Source: Cetorhinus maximus (taxonomy: Eukaryota). Taken from it: a stretch of 64,000 bases of DNA. Shown here piece after piece: positions 51,232-62,214 of the stretch (position 1 is its first letter; every line of letters starts with the position of its first letter). Position numbers and translations under genes: made by a program. A model generated the notes under the pieces. The model was not told where the DNA came from. It did not search any database and worked only from the letters and a program-made list of their open reading frames with translations. The stretch is taken from assembly GCF_964194155.1 (NCBI RefSeq), contig NW_027597516.1, positions 1 to 64,000 on the forward strand, in the 5' to 3' direction.

Positions 51232-51399
51232 TGTCTCGTGTTTAAAGACAGCAGTGCTTCTCAGTGCTTTCTCATTGCAAGTCTTTATTGAACTGAACTC
51301 AAGATGGCAGCTTCCAGAGAGCTGCGACATGGTAGAGGTCACATGACTACAGAAAGCCAGATAGGACATGTAGAACCAATTGCATTTCAAACCCAAACA
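51232..51399 (-). mobile_element. 168-bp solo LTR with 5-bp TSD
   Basis: AATAT|TGT...ACA|AATAT, with an AATAAA on the minus strand. It interrupts the CR1 3' region. Confidence 0.75.
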
Positions 51400-51745
51400 A
51401 ATATAAGATAGTTGCTAATAAATTCAATAAGGAGCTCATAAGAAACTTCTTTACCTAGAGAACAGTAAGAATGTAGACAGACACTACCAAATACAATAGG
51501 TAGAATAGATGCATTTAAGGGGATCCTACATAAGTACATGAGGGATATATTGATTTGGTTAGATAAAGTAAGATGGGAAGAGGCTCATGTGGAACATAAA
51601 CACTCCCATAGACCATTTGGAGAGAATAGCCTGTTTCTGTGCTGTGCTGTCTATGCATTTCAGTATGTCTGATTCTGAGGTATCCCTCCATGAGCACAGC
51701 CTCACTCTGGGGTTTTATCTCACTCGCTGGTATGTTCCTGTCTAG

Positions 51746-51922
51746 TTTGAAGCTGACCGCCGTGCGTTTATCATCACTCTGAACTCCTTTGGCACCGAGC
51801 TAAGCAGAGAGGATCGGGCTGCACTTTACCCTTGCTGTGGCAGGCTTCACCCAGATAGTTTGACTCTCTTGTCCAAAGCTGAGGATTTTGAGCATGTGCG
51901 TGCAGTTGCTGAATATTATGCG
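51746..51922 (+). CDS. ATP6V0D-family exon 6
   Basis: tctag|TTT GAA GCT ... TAT GCG|gtacgt. Encodes [59 protein letters not shown]; 177 nt. Confidence 0.95.
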
Positions 51923-52095
51923 GTACGTTCTCTAACTGATACCAAAGCTCTCGTTGTTACTCCAATCAATGTTCATTCAATGTGCTCTTCCTGTTCCCTG
52001 CCAGTCAAACTTTCCCATTCTGTCCTGGACCTTGACCTGTGTTAGGGTGAATGAGAAGATTCTGAGCCCAATCCAGAGCCCACAATTTCCTGTAC

Positions 52096-52228
52096 GGGCA
52101 GCTGAGACAATCTCTGACCAGACAGCTGAGGCCGTCTCCGTCTGGGCGGCTGGGACTGACTCTACCTGGGCAGCTGAGGCCGTCTCCGTCTGGGCGGCTG
52201 GGACTGACTCTACTTGGGCAGCTGAGAG
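52096..52228 (+). repeat. 48-bp tandem repeat (24-bp sub-period), about 2.7 copies
   Basis: GCAGCTGAGGCCGTCTCCGTCTGGGCGGCTGGGACTGACTCTAC occurs twice, with partial copies. Confidence 0.85.
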
Positions 52229-52596
52229 CATCTTTGTCTCAGGATTTACCTGGCGACCTTGTCACATGGCACCTGCTCCCACTGGCGTTGGGAGGAGGCC
52301 CTTCAGTGGCCGGTAATTAACTATTTAAAGGCCTCAATTGGCCTAAGGGCAAGTGAGCTGCTTGACGCCTACCCTGCCACTGGTAAATACCAGTAGGGAT
52401 GGGTAGGCAACAGGCAAGGCACCCCTCCCATCCCATCCCATCTGATTTTGCACTACTCCGCTGCCCCCCCCTCCCCGCCAACATCCAGCCTGCTCCTATT
52501 GGTGGGGGTGGGGTGGGTTGGTCTGAATTCCAGGCTGTGGGACCCTTTCCCAGGATTATGTTTATTTCTGACCTGCCTCTTATTCCCTTCTGTCAG

Positions 52597-52674
52597 GAAT
52601 ATAAATTCTTGTTTGAAGGTGCAGAGAAGAATTCAGATGAGAAGACGCTGGAGGACAAGTTCTTTGAATATGAG
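52597..52674 (+). CDS. ATP6V0D-family exon 7
   Basis: gtcag|GAA TAT ... TAT GAG|gtaaag. Encodes EYKFLFEGAEKNSDEKTLEDKFFEYE; 78 nt. Confidence 0.95.
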
Positions 52675-53396
52675 GTAAAGGCCCCAAAATGGTCCCTCAG
52701 TCCTCCCATCCCCTCTCACCCCCTCATCCCTTTTCATCACCTATACCCCACCCTCATTCACCTCAATCCCCTCTCCCCCTTTCACCCTTCACCCCTACAC
52801 CTTCCTTCTTCCTTCAATCCCCCCCACCCACCTCCACCCTTACCAATTCCACCCTCCTCCAACCCCCTCACCACAATGTGTATCAGGTGGGGTGCATTTT
52901 GTTTCTGCAGAGTTTGAGTTGAGGCTGTATTTGTGGATTAAATACATTGGCCAGGAGCTGGGTCAGACTTGGCCTGGTGATCAAGACACGCTCCAGAGTA
53001 AAGGATGGAGCTGCTGCAAGCTATAAAAACCTGAAGCATCCCAAACCATGGCCGATTCTTTTGGTTTGGTGCTTTGTGTGAGAAACACTGGGGAAACATC
53101 CTGAACTGCAGCCTGGGTAGAAACACCGGGGATGGACAGTCCTATGTTAGTTACAATACATTGAAATGTTTCCCGCCCAAATCAGGCAGGAGTGAGGTAA
53201 CAGGGACCATTGCCAAAGGATACGAAGACATTGACAGTGCTCAATTCTAACGGACCAGGAAAAGGACAGGGGGCTTTCAGCAAAAGTAACTTGTTCCCAA
53301 AATAAGTGGCTCACCCACCTCAGTCCAGGGTGCTCACACACTACATGGCCTCACCCTTCTTTATCCAACTGTAAATCTCACTCTCTTCCTTCCCAG

Positions 53397-53558
53397 GTGA
53401 AACTCAATGTGCTGGCGTTTGATAACCAGTTTCACTTTGGGGTGTTTCACGCTTACATGAAGCTGAAGGAGCAGGAATGTCGGAATATCGTCTGGATCGC
53501 AGAATGTATAGCCCAGAGGCATCGCACTCGTATCGACAACTACATCCCCATACTCTAA
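53397..53558 (+). CDS. ATP6V0D-family exon 8 (last)
   Basis: cccag|GTG AAA ... Encodes [53 protein letters not shown] followed by TAA. Total CDS is 1056 nt. Confidence 0.95.
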   Translation: MKLNVLAFDNQFHFGVFHAYMKLKEQECRNIVWIAECIAQRHRTRIDNYIPIL

Positions 53559-53988
53559 CTGCAAATCACCTAAGCCATGACCAGTGCCTTAGTAACCAGT
53601 GACCAATGACCAACTGCTGTAAATTGTCCCAGTAACTGACCCTCAGTAACCAGCCTACAGCAACTTACTCTGAGTAACTGCCTCGCCCATACAGCCTCAA
53701 GCAACCTGCAATTTGCTCATCCTGTAACATGCCCTCAGTAATTAATCTTTAGCCATTTGTTGATCTCAGTAATCAGTCCTGAGGCAGCAACCCCTGGTTA
53801 GTAGACTAATCATTCGCTCAACCCCTGGGCTGGAGATGCTGTGATCCCAGTAATAACTCCCTCATTGCTATCTGTCTGATTTAGTGTGTTCTGCTAAATA
53901 ACCTCATTTCATCATGATTTGGAGTGGATGCACCTGCCTGAGGTGTCCAATCAGAAATGAGAACTATTCCTTGTGTACAAAATAGTCC

Positions 53989-53994
53989 ATTAAA
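53989..53994 (+). terminator. Candidate polyA signal (ATTAAA) of the V-ATPase d gene
   Basis: About 430 nt after the stop codon, just before repeats resume. Confidence 0.5.
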
Positions 53995-54319
53995 ACAATA
54001 TCATTCTTACCTAATGGGCTTTTTAAGTTCTGTCAAATGTAATGTAAGAACATAAGAAATAGGAGCAGGAGTAGGTGGCCCCTGGAGCCTGCGCCGCCAT
54101 TCAATAAGATGATGGCTGATCTGATTGTGGACTTAACTCCACTTTCCTGTCTGCTCCCGCCTCCACCCCCCCCCCCCCAATAACTCTTGACTCCTTTGTA
54201 AATGAAAAATCTATCTAACTCAGCCTTGAATGTATTCAATGACCCAGTCTCCGCTGCTCTCTGGTTAGTGAATTCACTAAACATAGCACATGTGGAAGAT
54301 TGCCACACACCCCAATTAT

Positions 54320-55840
54320 ATTTCGTATTGGATTTTCACACTGTACCTGTCACACTGTGTGATGGGATTTTCACACTGTACCAGTCACACTGTGTATTGT
54401 GATTTTCACACTGTACCAGTCACATTGTATGATGGGATTTTCACACTGTACCAGTCACACTGTACGATGGGATTTACACATGGTACCAGTCACACTGTGT
54501 ATTGTGATTTTCACACTGTATCAGTCACATTGTATGATGGGATTTTCACACTGTACCAGTCACACTGTACGATGGGATTTACACATGGTACCAGTCACAC
54601 TGTGTATTGTGATTTTCACACTGTACCAGTCACATTGTATGATGGGATTTTCACACTGTACCAGTCACACTGTACGATGGGATTTACACATGGTACCAGT
54701 CACACTGTGTATTGTGATTTTCACACTGTACCAGTCACATTGTATGATGGGATTTTCACACTGTACCAGTCACACTGTACGATGGGATTTACACACGGTA
54801 CCAGTCACACTGTGTATTGTGATTTTCAAACTGTACTAGTCACATTGCGTATTGCGATTTTCACACTGTACTAGTCAGACTGTATGATGGGATTTTCACA
54901 CTGTACTTGTCACACTGTGTCATAGGATTTACACACAGTACCAGTCACATTTGGTATTGTGATTTTCACACTGTACCAGTCAGACTGTATGAAGGGATTT
55001 ACACACGGTACCAGTCACACTGTGTAGTGGATTTTCACACTGTACCAGTCACAATGTATGATGGGATTTACACACTGTACCAGTCACACTGTATGATGGG
55101 ATTTACACATGGTACCAGACACACTGTGTATTGTGATTTTCAAACTGTACTAGTCACATTGCGTATTGCGATTTTCACACTGTACTAGTCAGACTGTATG
55201 ATGGGATTTTCACACTGTACTTGTTGCACTGTGTGATGGGATTTACACACAGTACCAGTCACACTATGTATTGTGATTTTCACACTGTACCAGTCACACT
55301 ATGTATTGTGATTTTCACACTGTACCAGTCAGACTGTATGATGGGATTTACACACGGTACCAGTCACATTGTATAGTGGATTTTCACACTGTACCAGTCA
55401 CAATGTATGATGGGATTTACACACGGTACCAGTCACACTGTGTATTGTGATTTTCACACTGTACTTGTCACACTGTCATGGGATTTACACATGGTACCAG
55501 TCATATTGTGTAATGGAATTGTCACACTGTACCAGTCACATTGTGTAATACAATTTACATACTGTACCAGTCACGCTGTATGATTAGTTTTACACATGGT
55601 ACCAATCATACTGTGTATTGTGATTTACACACTGTACCAGTCACACTGTGTATTATGATTTCCGTACTGTACCAGTCACATTGTATGATGTATTTTCACA
55701 TTGTACTAGTCACATTGTATGATGGGATTGTCACACTGTACCAGCCATATTGTGTAATGGAATTGTCACACTGCTCCAGTCACACTGTGTATTGGATTTA
55801 CATTTGGTACCAGTTATACTGTTTAATGGATTACCACACT
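54320..55840 (+). repeat. 35-bp minisatellite with a 105-bp higher-order unit
   Basis: Monomer TTTTCACACTGTACCAGTCACATTGTATGATGGGA; three variants recur in fixed order at about 54340-54830. Confidence 0.93.
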
Positions 55841-55844
55841 GCCC

Positions 55845-56240
55845 TGTGGGGTGCAGTAGTCTAGTGGTTCTGTTACTTGTCTAGAAATCCAGGGAACATG
55901 AGTTCATATTCCATTAGGGCCATTTAAGAAATTTAATTCAGCTTTAAAAAGCTGGGAAAAAAATACTAGAATCAGCAAAAGTTATAATGAAGCTATTGGA
56001 TTGTTGTAAAAACCTAACTGGTTCACTAATGTACTTTAAGAAGAAACCTGCCATCCTCACCCAGCATGGCCTATATGTGACTCCAGACCCACATTAGCAT
56101 GGTCGATTCTTAACTGACCTCTGAAATGGACAGTTGTGTCAAACTGCTCTGCAGCAGTTCATGAACAATGCCCACCACCAACTGAGATGGACAATAAATG
56201 TGACTTTGCCAGCAATGCCCACGCCTAGAGAATTTTTTTT
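55845..56240 (+). mobile_element. tRNA-derived SINE sharing head and tail with the 13451 LINE
   Basis: Head and body resemble 13455-13760; the tail gatggacaataaatg...gcccac resembles 16545-16600. Confidence 0.7.
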
Positions 56241-56244
56241 CACT

Positions 56245-56345
56245 AACAATATTAGCAACAATAACAGTTGTAATAACAAACAAAAATAGTAACAGGAAAA
56301 ACAACAGTGATAATAATAATAACAGTAATAACCGTTAACAACAAT
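56245..56345 (+). repeat. Degenerate (AAC/AAT)n microsatellite
   Basis: aacaataacag / aataataataacag runs. Confidence 0.75.
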
Positions 56346-56914
56346 ATAAAAGAGCTGGGTTTCGGTAAATTGGCAAATTTATACGAAGGAACCAGACCAG
56401 CTAAATCCCTTCTTTGATCTACTTTCTAAGGAACCATCTGGGATTTTACCTCTCAGCTATTGACCTACAAATGAATCATGTTAGATTAGGTTTGCTGATC
56501 CAAGTAACACAAGCCAGTTTGCGTTGAAATTAGATTGTCACACTGCTTCAGTTACACCGGATGTAATTGGTTCATCTCACTGTGCCAATGCTGTATAATG
56601 GGGTTTTGATACTGAGCCAGTCGCATAGTGTGTAATGGGTTTGTCACACTGTGTCAGTCACATGCTGGGCCATTGATGCCTAATAGGACTATAAAGCTGT
56701 GTCAGTCCAATTTTGTCTAATGTGTTCTTCCATGCTTAAGAATCAGTCTCCTTTGCTGGTATGAATTTGTCCGGCTGTGGCTTTGCGTTTAAACTCTATT
56801 ATTACTCATGGAGTCCACCTCACCCACACCCTCAATTCAGCTAAAGAATCTACAAAATTACCTGCACGTAAATTTAGGATTTTACTGTTTGAGTAGTTGA
56901 GAAACAGAATTTCG

Positions 56915-57104
56915 TTGTATTTGTTCATGAAATGTGGGCATCACAGGCAAGACTAGCATTTATTGCCCATCCCTAATTGCCCTTGAGAAGGTGGTGGGGA
57001 GCTGCCTTCTTGAACCACTGCAGTCCATGTGTTGTAGGTACACCCACAGTGCTGTTAGGGAGGGAGTTCCAGGATTTTGACCCAGCGACAGTGAAGGAAC
57101 GGTG
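56915..57104 (-). mobile_element. 3' end of the CR1-group LINE family seen at 13451
   Basis: Reverse complement of 16420-16600. Confidence 0.8.
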
Positions 57105-59338
57105 CAGGCATCACTAGTGTGTCCAGTGAGTGTGAGGCCTGACCATCACTTTGGTCTGGAGTTACACACTGCACAGGGAAGAGGCCCTGGACTGAGACAC
57201 CTGCCTTTATCACTCACATTTGAGTGACACAAACACTGCTCATCAGAACAAGGAACCATAGGCAAGGAGACATCCTTGGGAGTTTATATACAATGGTGAA
57301 CATTAAGTACAAGTGATTACCACCCATGCCTACTACAACTACATCTTCTTAACCTTTCTAACCCTGTCTTGGTTCTCCCTTGAAATCCACAGTGGAGGTG
57401 GAGGCAGCCTGCTGACTGCTACGCCCTGTCTGTGATGACCTTGGCAGGCGTCCTCTGAAGAGTCACGAACTGGAGGGCCCAGGTTTGATTTCGGGGTCCT
57501 GCTGCCTGGCAGTGCCACCCTTCTCGGCCTGTGGAGATGGAGCTGCTGGGATCACAGGAAAAGGGGATTTGGATGGGCCGGACACTCCCGGAGTCATCTG
57601 GGCGGATGGCCCCAGGGTGTCCACCTGCTGATCCTCTTCCCTATGGGTGCCTGAGGGCCCCTGACTGACCCCTTGAGGAGAAGGGGAATCTGGAGTGAGA
57701 TCGAGCTGCCCCGTACCCCTCCTGTGTTGACACTGCTGGAGGCCAAATATGGCGTCAGTGATGGGAGTACGGCCCATGCAGTGGTGCAGGACCAATGTCC
57801 TGGACCAAGGTTTCCATGACGGCTGCCATCCTACCAGTGTTGACCTTGGTACATTGGCCTGCCAGCGCTATCATCTCAGACTGAAGGCAGATAGACTCCT
57901 CCATCGTGCTTTACAATCTGAGGAGTGCAATGGACATCCCTTCCTGATGTTCCCGAGGTTGCCTTAGCAGTTCCAGCAACTGAGGTATGACCGAGTCCAG
58001 AGGCTCCTCATCTGACTCGGACTCAGCAGATTTCTGGCCTCCAGCAGCCCTCCGAGTGCTGGAAATCTGGGAAGTTCCTGCCACCACCAGCTGTGTATCA
58101 GACAGTGCGATGTGTTCACCAGAATGTGACCCTGAGGCTACTGCAGCACTAGGTCCCACCGAGGTGTGTGTCTCTGCACTGGTGGAGGGTGTGGGTGAGC
58201 GCTGTGATGGGTCTTCAATTAACATGTCATCAGCATCTTCTTCCGAGGTGCTTTCGAGGCTTGAGTCGAGGGCCTGGCTTGTTGGCTGCATCCCAGATGT
58301 GCCTGCGAAAGCAAGGAGAGATAATTAGTGCATGGCAGGGGACTGCGGAACAGGGGAACCGTCTCACAGTATGGGTGATGGATGTTGCACTGCTGGATCC
58401 TCACTTGGTTGAGCACCGCCGACCTCACTGTCAGCACAGGACTGGTCCAGATCCTCGCCGGCCAACTGGATGACTCTATTTTCAAAGTCTGTGAGGACTT
58501 TGATGTCAGGCATTCCCCCACCAGTCTGCTACCCCTCCCTTTTGTTGTGTACCAGTTTGTCCTGCATGAATATAGATGGAGAAAGTATAAGCAGGATGCC
58601 TTCCAGGCCAGATGAGAAGGATGCCTGGTACGTGTGGGTGGTGGGTGGTGCCATGGGCAGGATGAAGACATGATCCGCAAGGCAGATGAAGGTGTGTATG
58701 AGAGAGTGAATGATGATGTCCCCTTGAACTGACAGTAAGTGCGATCCCTGAGGATGTGTGATGGGTTTGTGAGTGTGTGAATGGAGAGTGATGAGAAGAG
58801 TGACTTACCCTGGTGGAACAGAGGAGATCATTCATTTTCTTTCAACACCGGGTGGCTGTCCTCTTTTGCAGGGCATTGGTGTTGACCACTGCTGCCACCA
58901 CCTCCTATGCTGGATTAGTGACCTTGTTTGCTGGTCTTCACCCAGAGTTGGGGTGGAGGACTGCATGGCGAGCCTCCACTGCATCCAGTAGGTGCCCGAG
59001 GGAGGTGTTGCTAAATTTGGGGGCAGCATGTTTCCTCCCTTTGGCAGCCATGACTTTACAGCAGCTGCCGATCCCTTAGAGAGTTCCAGCTCTGTGCAAA
59101 GGCACCCTTTAAATATGGAGCCCGGGTTACTGATGGCCTGAGGTGGCAGTGGGGCAAGCGAATCAGAGGCCACCCCACCAGCGATCCAGCGTGTTCCCCG
59201 GGAATGCATAATTAATGAGGTGGGACAGGCCAGGAATGGGACAATATGACATGAAAACCCATCATTGCAGCCAACAGGTAAAATGTCCTCTTGCCCGCCC
59301 GCTACTGCATCTTGTGCAAATCTGGGATGATTCCGCCC
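57105..59338 (-). mobile_element. Second Harbinger element, left-truncated, retaining a decayed Myb/SANT gene
   Basis: Right end GATGATTCCGCCC (GGGCGGAATCATC TIR-like). The minus strand at about 58810-59050 reads MAAKGRKHAAPKFSNTSLGHLLDAVEARHAVL...KKMNDL with stops. Confidence 0.8.
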
Positions 59339-59389
59339 TCAATGTTCAGAAGACTCAGAACCTCTTTGTGAGACCTACTGAACATACAA

Positions 59390-60040
59390 GATCATGCATT
59401 TATATAGCAGCTTTAATGTAGTAAACAGTCCCAAAGTGTTTCACAAGAGTGCTATCAGACAAAATTTGACATCAAGCCATATATAGAGGTATCAGGACAT
59501 GTGACCAAATGTTTGGTCAAAGAGTTAAGTTTTAAAGAGTGTCAGAAAGGAAGCATAGAGATGAAGGAATTTTCAGAACCTAACCCTAGTCAGTTGAAAG
59601 CATGGTTGCGGATAGTGGACTGATTAAAATTGGGGATGTACAAGTTGTAAGAATTTGAGGAGAGCAGAATCTGGGAGAGTTGTAAGGCTGGAGATTATAG
59701 AGATAGGGAGAGGGTGAGGCAATGGAGGGATTTGAACACAAGGAGGAGAATTTTAAATTCTAGGCCTCACTAAACTGAGCATGTAGGTAAGTGAGCACAG
59801 GGATGATGGGTAAAAAGGACTTGGTGCAAGTTAGAACACAAGCAACCAAAGTTTTGAATGAGCCCAAGTTTATTGAGGGTGGAAGGCCAGTCAAGAGACC
59901 ACAGGAATAGTCAAATCTGGAGATAACAAAGGCATGGTGAAGGTTTCGGCAACAGATTAGCCACGGCAGGCGTGGAGGCAGGCAATGTTACTGAGGTGGA
60001 AATAGATTTGGTGATGGAGCAGATATGAGGTCGGAAGTTC
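59390..60040 (-). mobile_element. L2 LINE 3' fragment
   Basis: Reverse-complement similarity to 29020-29500 and 33600-34310. Confidence 0.7.
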
Positions 60041-62214
60041 ATCAAACAGGATCCACACTCACTGGTTGGGACTATCACATCTGAATTATACTCATGAGCA
60101 TCCCAGAATCTGGACAGAACATTGATAATTTAATATTATTTGAAATAAAATGTTAATTTAATAAAAATATAACTTACTCATATTGCCTACTGTTTTGTAC
60201 ATTGAATTAGACATCATTAGTATAAATTGTGAGATTTCTGTCAATGGAAGAGCGGGCCAGTGCATTAGTTCTAACAGGAAATGATTGAGGAAATGGTCAG
60301 TGTCTGGGTCTGGGGTCTGCACCAGGAGTGAAATGTAACTGTCTCAAAATACATGTCACCTCGTCATTGATCCCATGTCACTCATATCATTTATCATGTC
60401 ACTTTCATCGATTATATGTCACCCCATCATTTGTTATGGTTTACATAAAGCTCAGTCGGTGTCGCTAATAGATTCCAGTAACTCTCCCACAATTGATGTA
60501 AAACTAACCGGCCTGTAATTATCTGTTTTCTCTTTTCCTCCTTTTCTAATGGAGTGACATTTGCAATTTTCCAATTCAACGGTGCAATTTCTGAATCTAG
60601 AGATGGGACAAAGTGCTGAGTACTATCTGATCCTAGTACAATATACTGTAGTTAAGAAGGTAATGTTATTCCCGTGGGACACTATGCCACTCATGCTATG
60701 TATGAGATTTCTGTTCATAGGAGACTCACCTGTTCACCTGGTCTCTCTGTTATGACAAGTTGTAAAATGTGTGTCCTATTTGGGCTGTGTTCACTGCCCA
60801 AGTTAAGTCATTCCGTTAATTTAATTGATATACATATAGTGCTCTTTCAGATTGATGCCATTTTGCAAATATTGCCTCAGATTCAGGTATGGGGTTTGAG
60901 AATACGGAGAAACCAGGAAATTTAACAATGTAGCCATTCTGCATGAAGTCAGACTAATTACAGTTTAATTAGCTTTTGCTGTTTTCTGCATGATCGACTG
61001 GTCTGAAATTTGGCCTTGGGATACTCGCAAACCAGGCCTTAGTGCTTTTATTTCAAATGTTCTCTCTATTATTTTAATGAAGGTATTAATAGTAAATGGG
61101 TTAATAGTTGCCAAAAATAAATCAAGGGAGCAACCTCGGGTGAACTCATTAAGTAAAGGTCAGTGGATATTATACAGCAAAAGCCCAGGAATGTTATTAC
61201 TCCACACTGCGAGTAATGTAGGGAACGTGCAACCGATGGGTGATGATTGGTGTTCACAGGGAAGTTTTTATCACCTTTTCCCTGGGTGAGGCATGCAGGC
61301 TTTGTATAGGGTATGACATTGTATTTACATTGGATAGTAATGACTCTCTCTTCAGGGGTATTATTGTAATCTCCAGTCATATAGTCCCTTCTAACCTGGG
61401 GTATTATTATCTTCCATTGACCCCCTTTTATTTTAGCTACTCATGAACTCCCCCTTTCATGGTCAAAATAGAAAGAACATTTCCAAGAGCAGTTGAGTCT
61501 GCTGTGAACAGAAAATTACATCCTTATGTAGGTGATGACTGGGATAGTGTTCCTTTATTCCTAACTTTCTCAACCACATAGTTTGTACTAGGATCATATG
61601 TATTCTTACCACTTCGTCCCATCTTTTTGGAAAGGTGATAAACACCACACTGTCAAACCCCGCATTGTGGCTAAAACTTGTTGCCCACTAAATCAGGCTC
61701 CATGTAGCACCACTGTGATACAATGGGCAAACGAGGAAGCAGTACAAAGCTTGTGTACTGTCTGCCTCAATGAGACTGGGTGCCAACATTTGTGACTTGT
61801 GATCACCAGGCCTGAAAATGGGTGCAGATGAACTTTTAGCGTGTAGTTAGATATATTTGCAAGTGAAATAATTACACAGAAGCAATAGATTGCAACAGGT
61901 TGCTAATGGCATGGGTTGTTAATTCATAGGCATTAATTGTTCCCTCTAACATAGGGCATTGTTGGCACCCCATTTTTTACATGTTGTTTTGCCCTCTTTA
62001 TATCAACTAATAATTAATAGTGACATCCATCATTTCTGTATTGAACATCGTCTGTTGTGGCTGCAGTGGCCGATTCATCAGTGGCAGTGTCTTCCGCAGC
62101 TGGCACAGATGGCCAGCATGGTCCGAATACGACTGGTGTTTTCCTTCCAGTGGGCTCTCTTTTCTGTCATCTGGACATTTCTTTCGTCTTCAGCTTTGCC
62201 AATGCCTTCTCTGA

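Noticed and set aside
42032-53558. Assigning the symbol ATP6V0D1 or ATP6V0D2
   Set aside because: The residues are mixed and synteny fits neither human locus; a phylogeny is needed.
54290-55864. Cys/His-rich repetitive ORFs (also 41104-41638 and 43850-45370)
   Set aside because: These are translations of minisatellites open in several frames, with no zinc-finger spacing or splice context.
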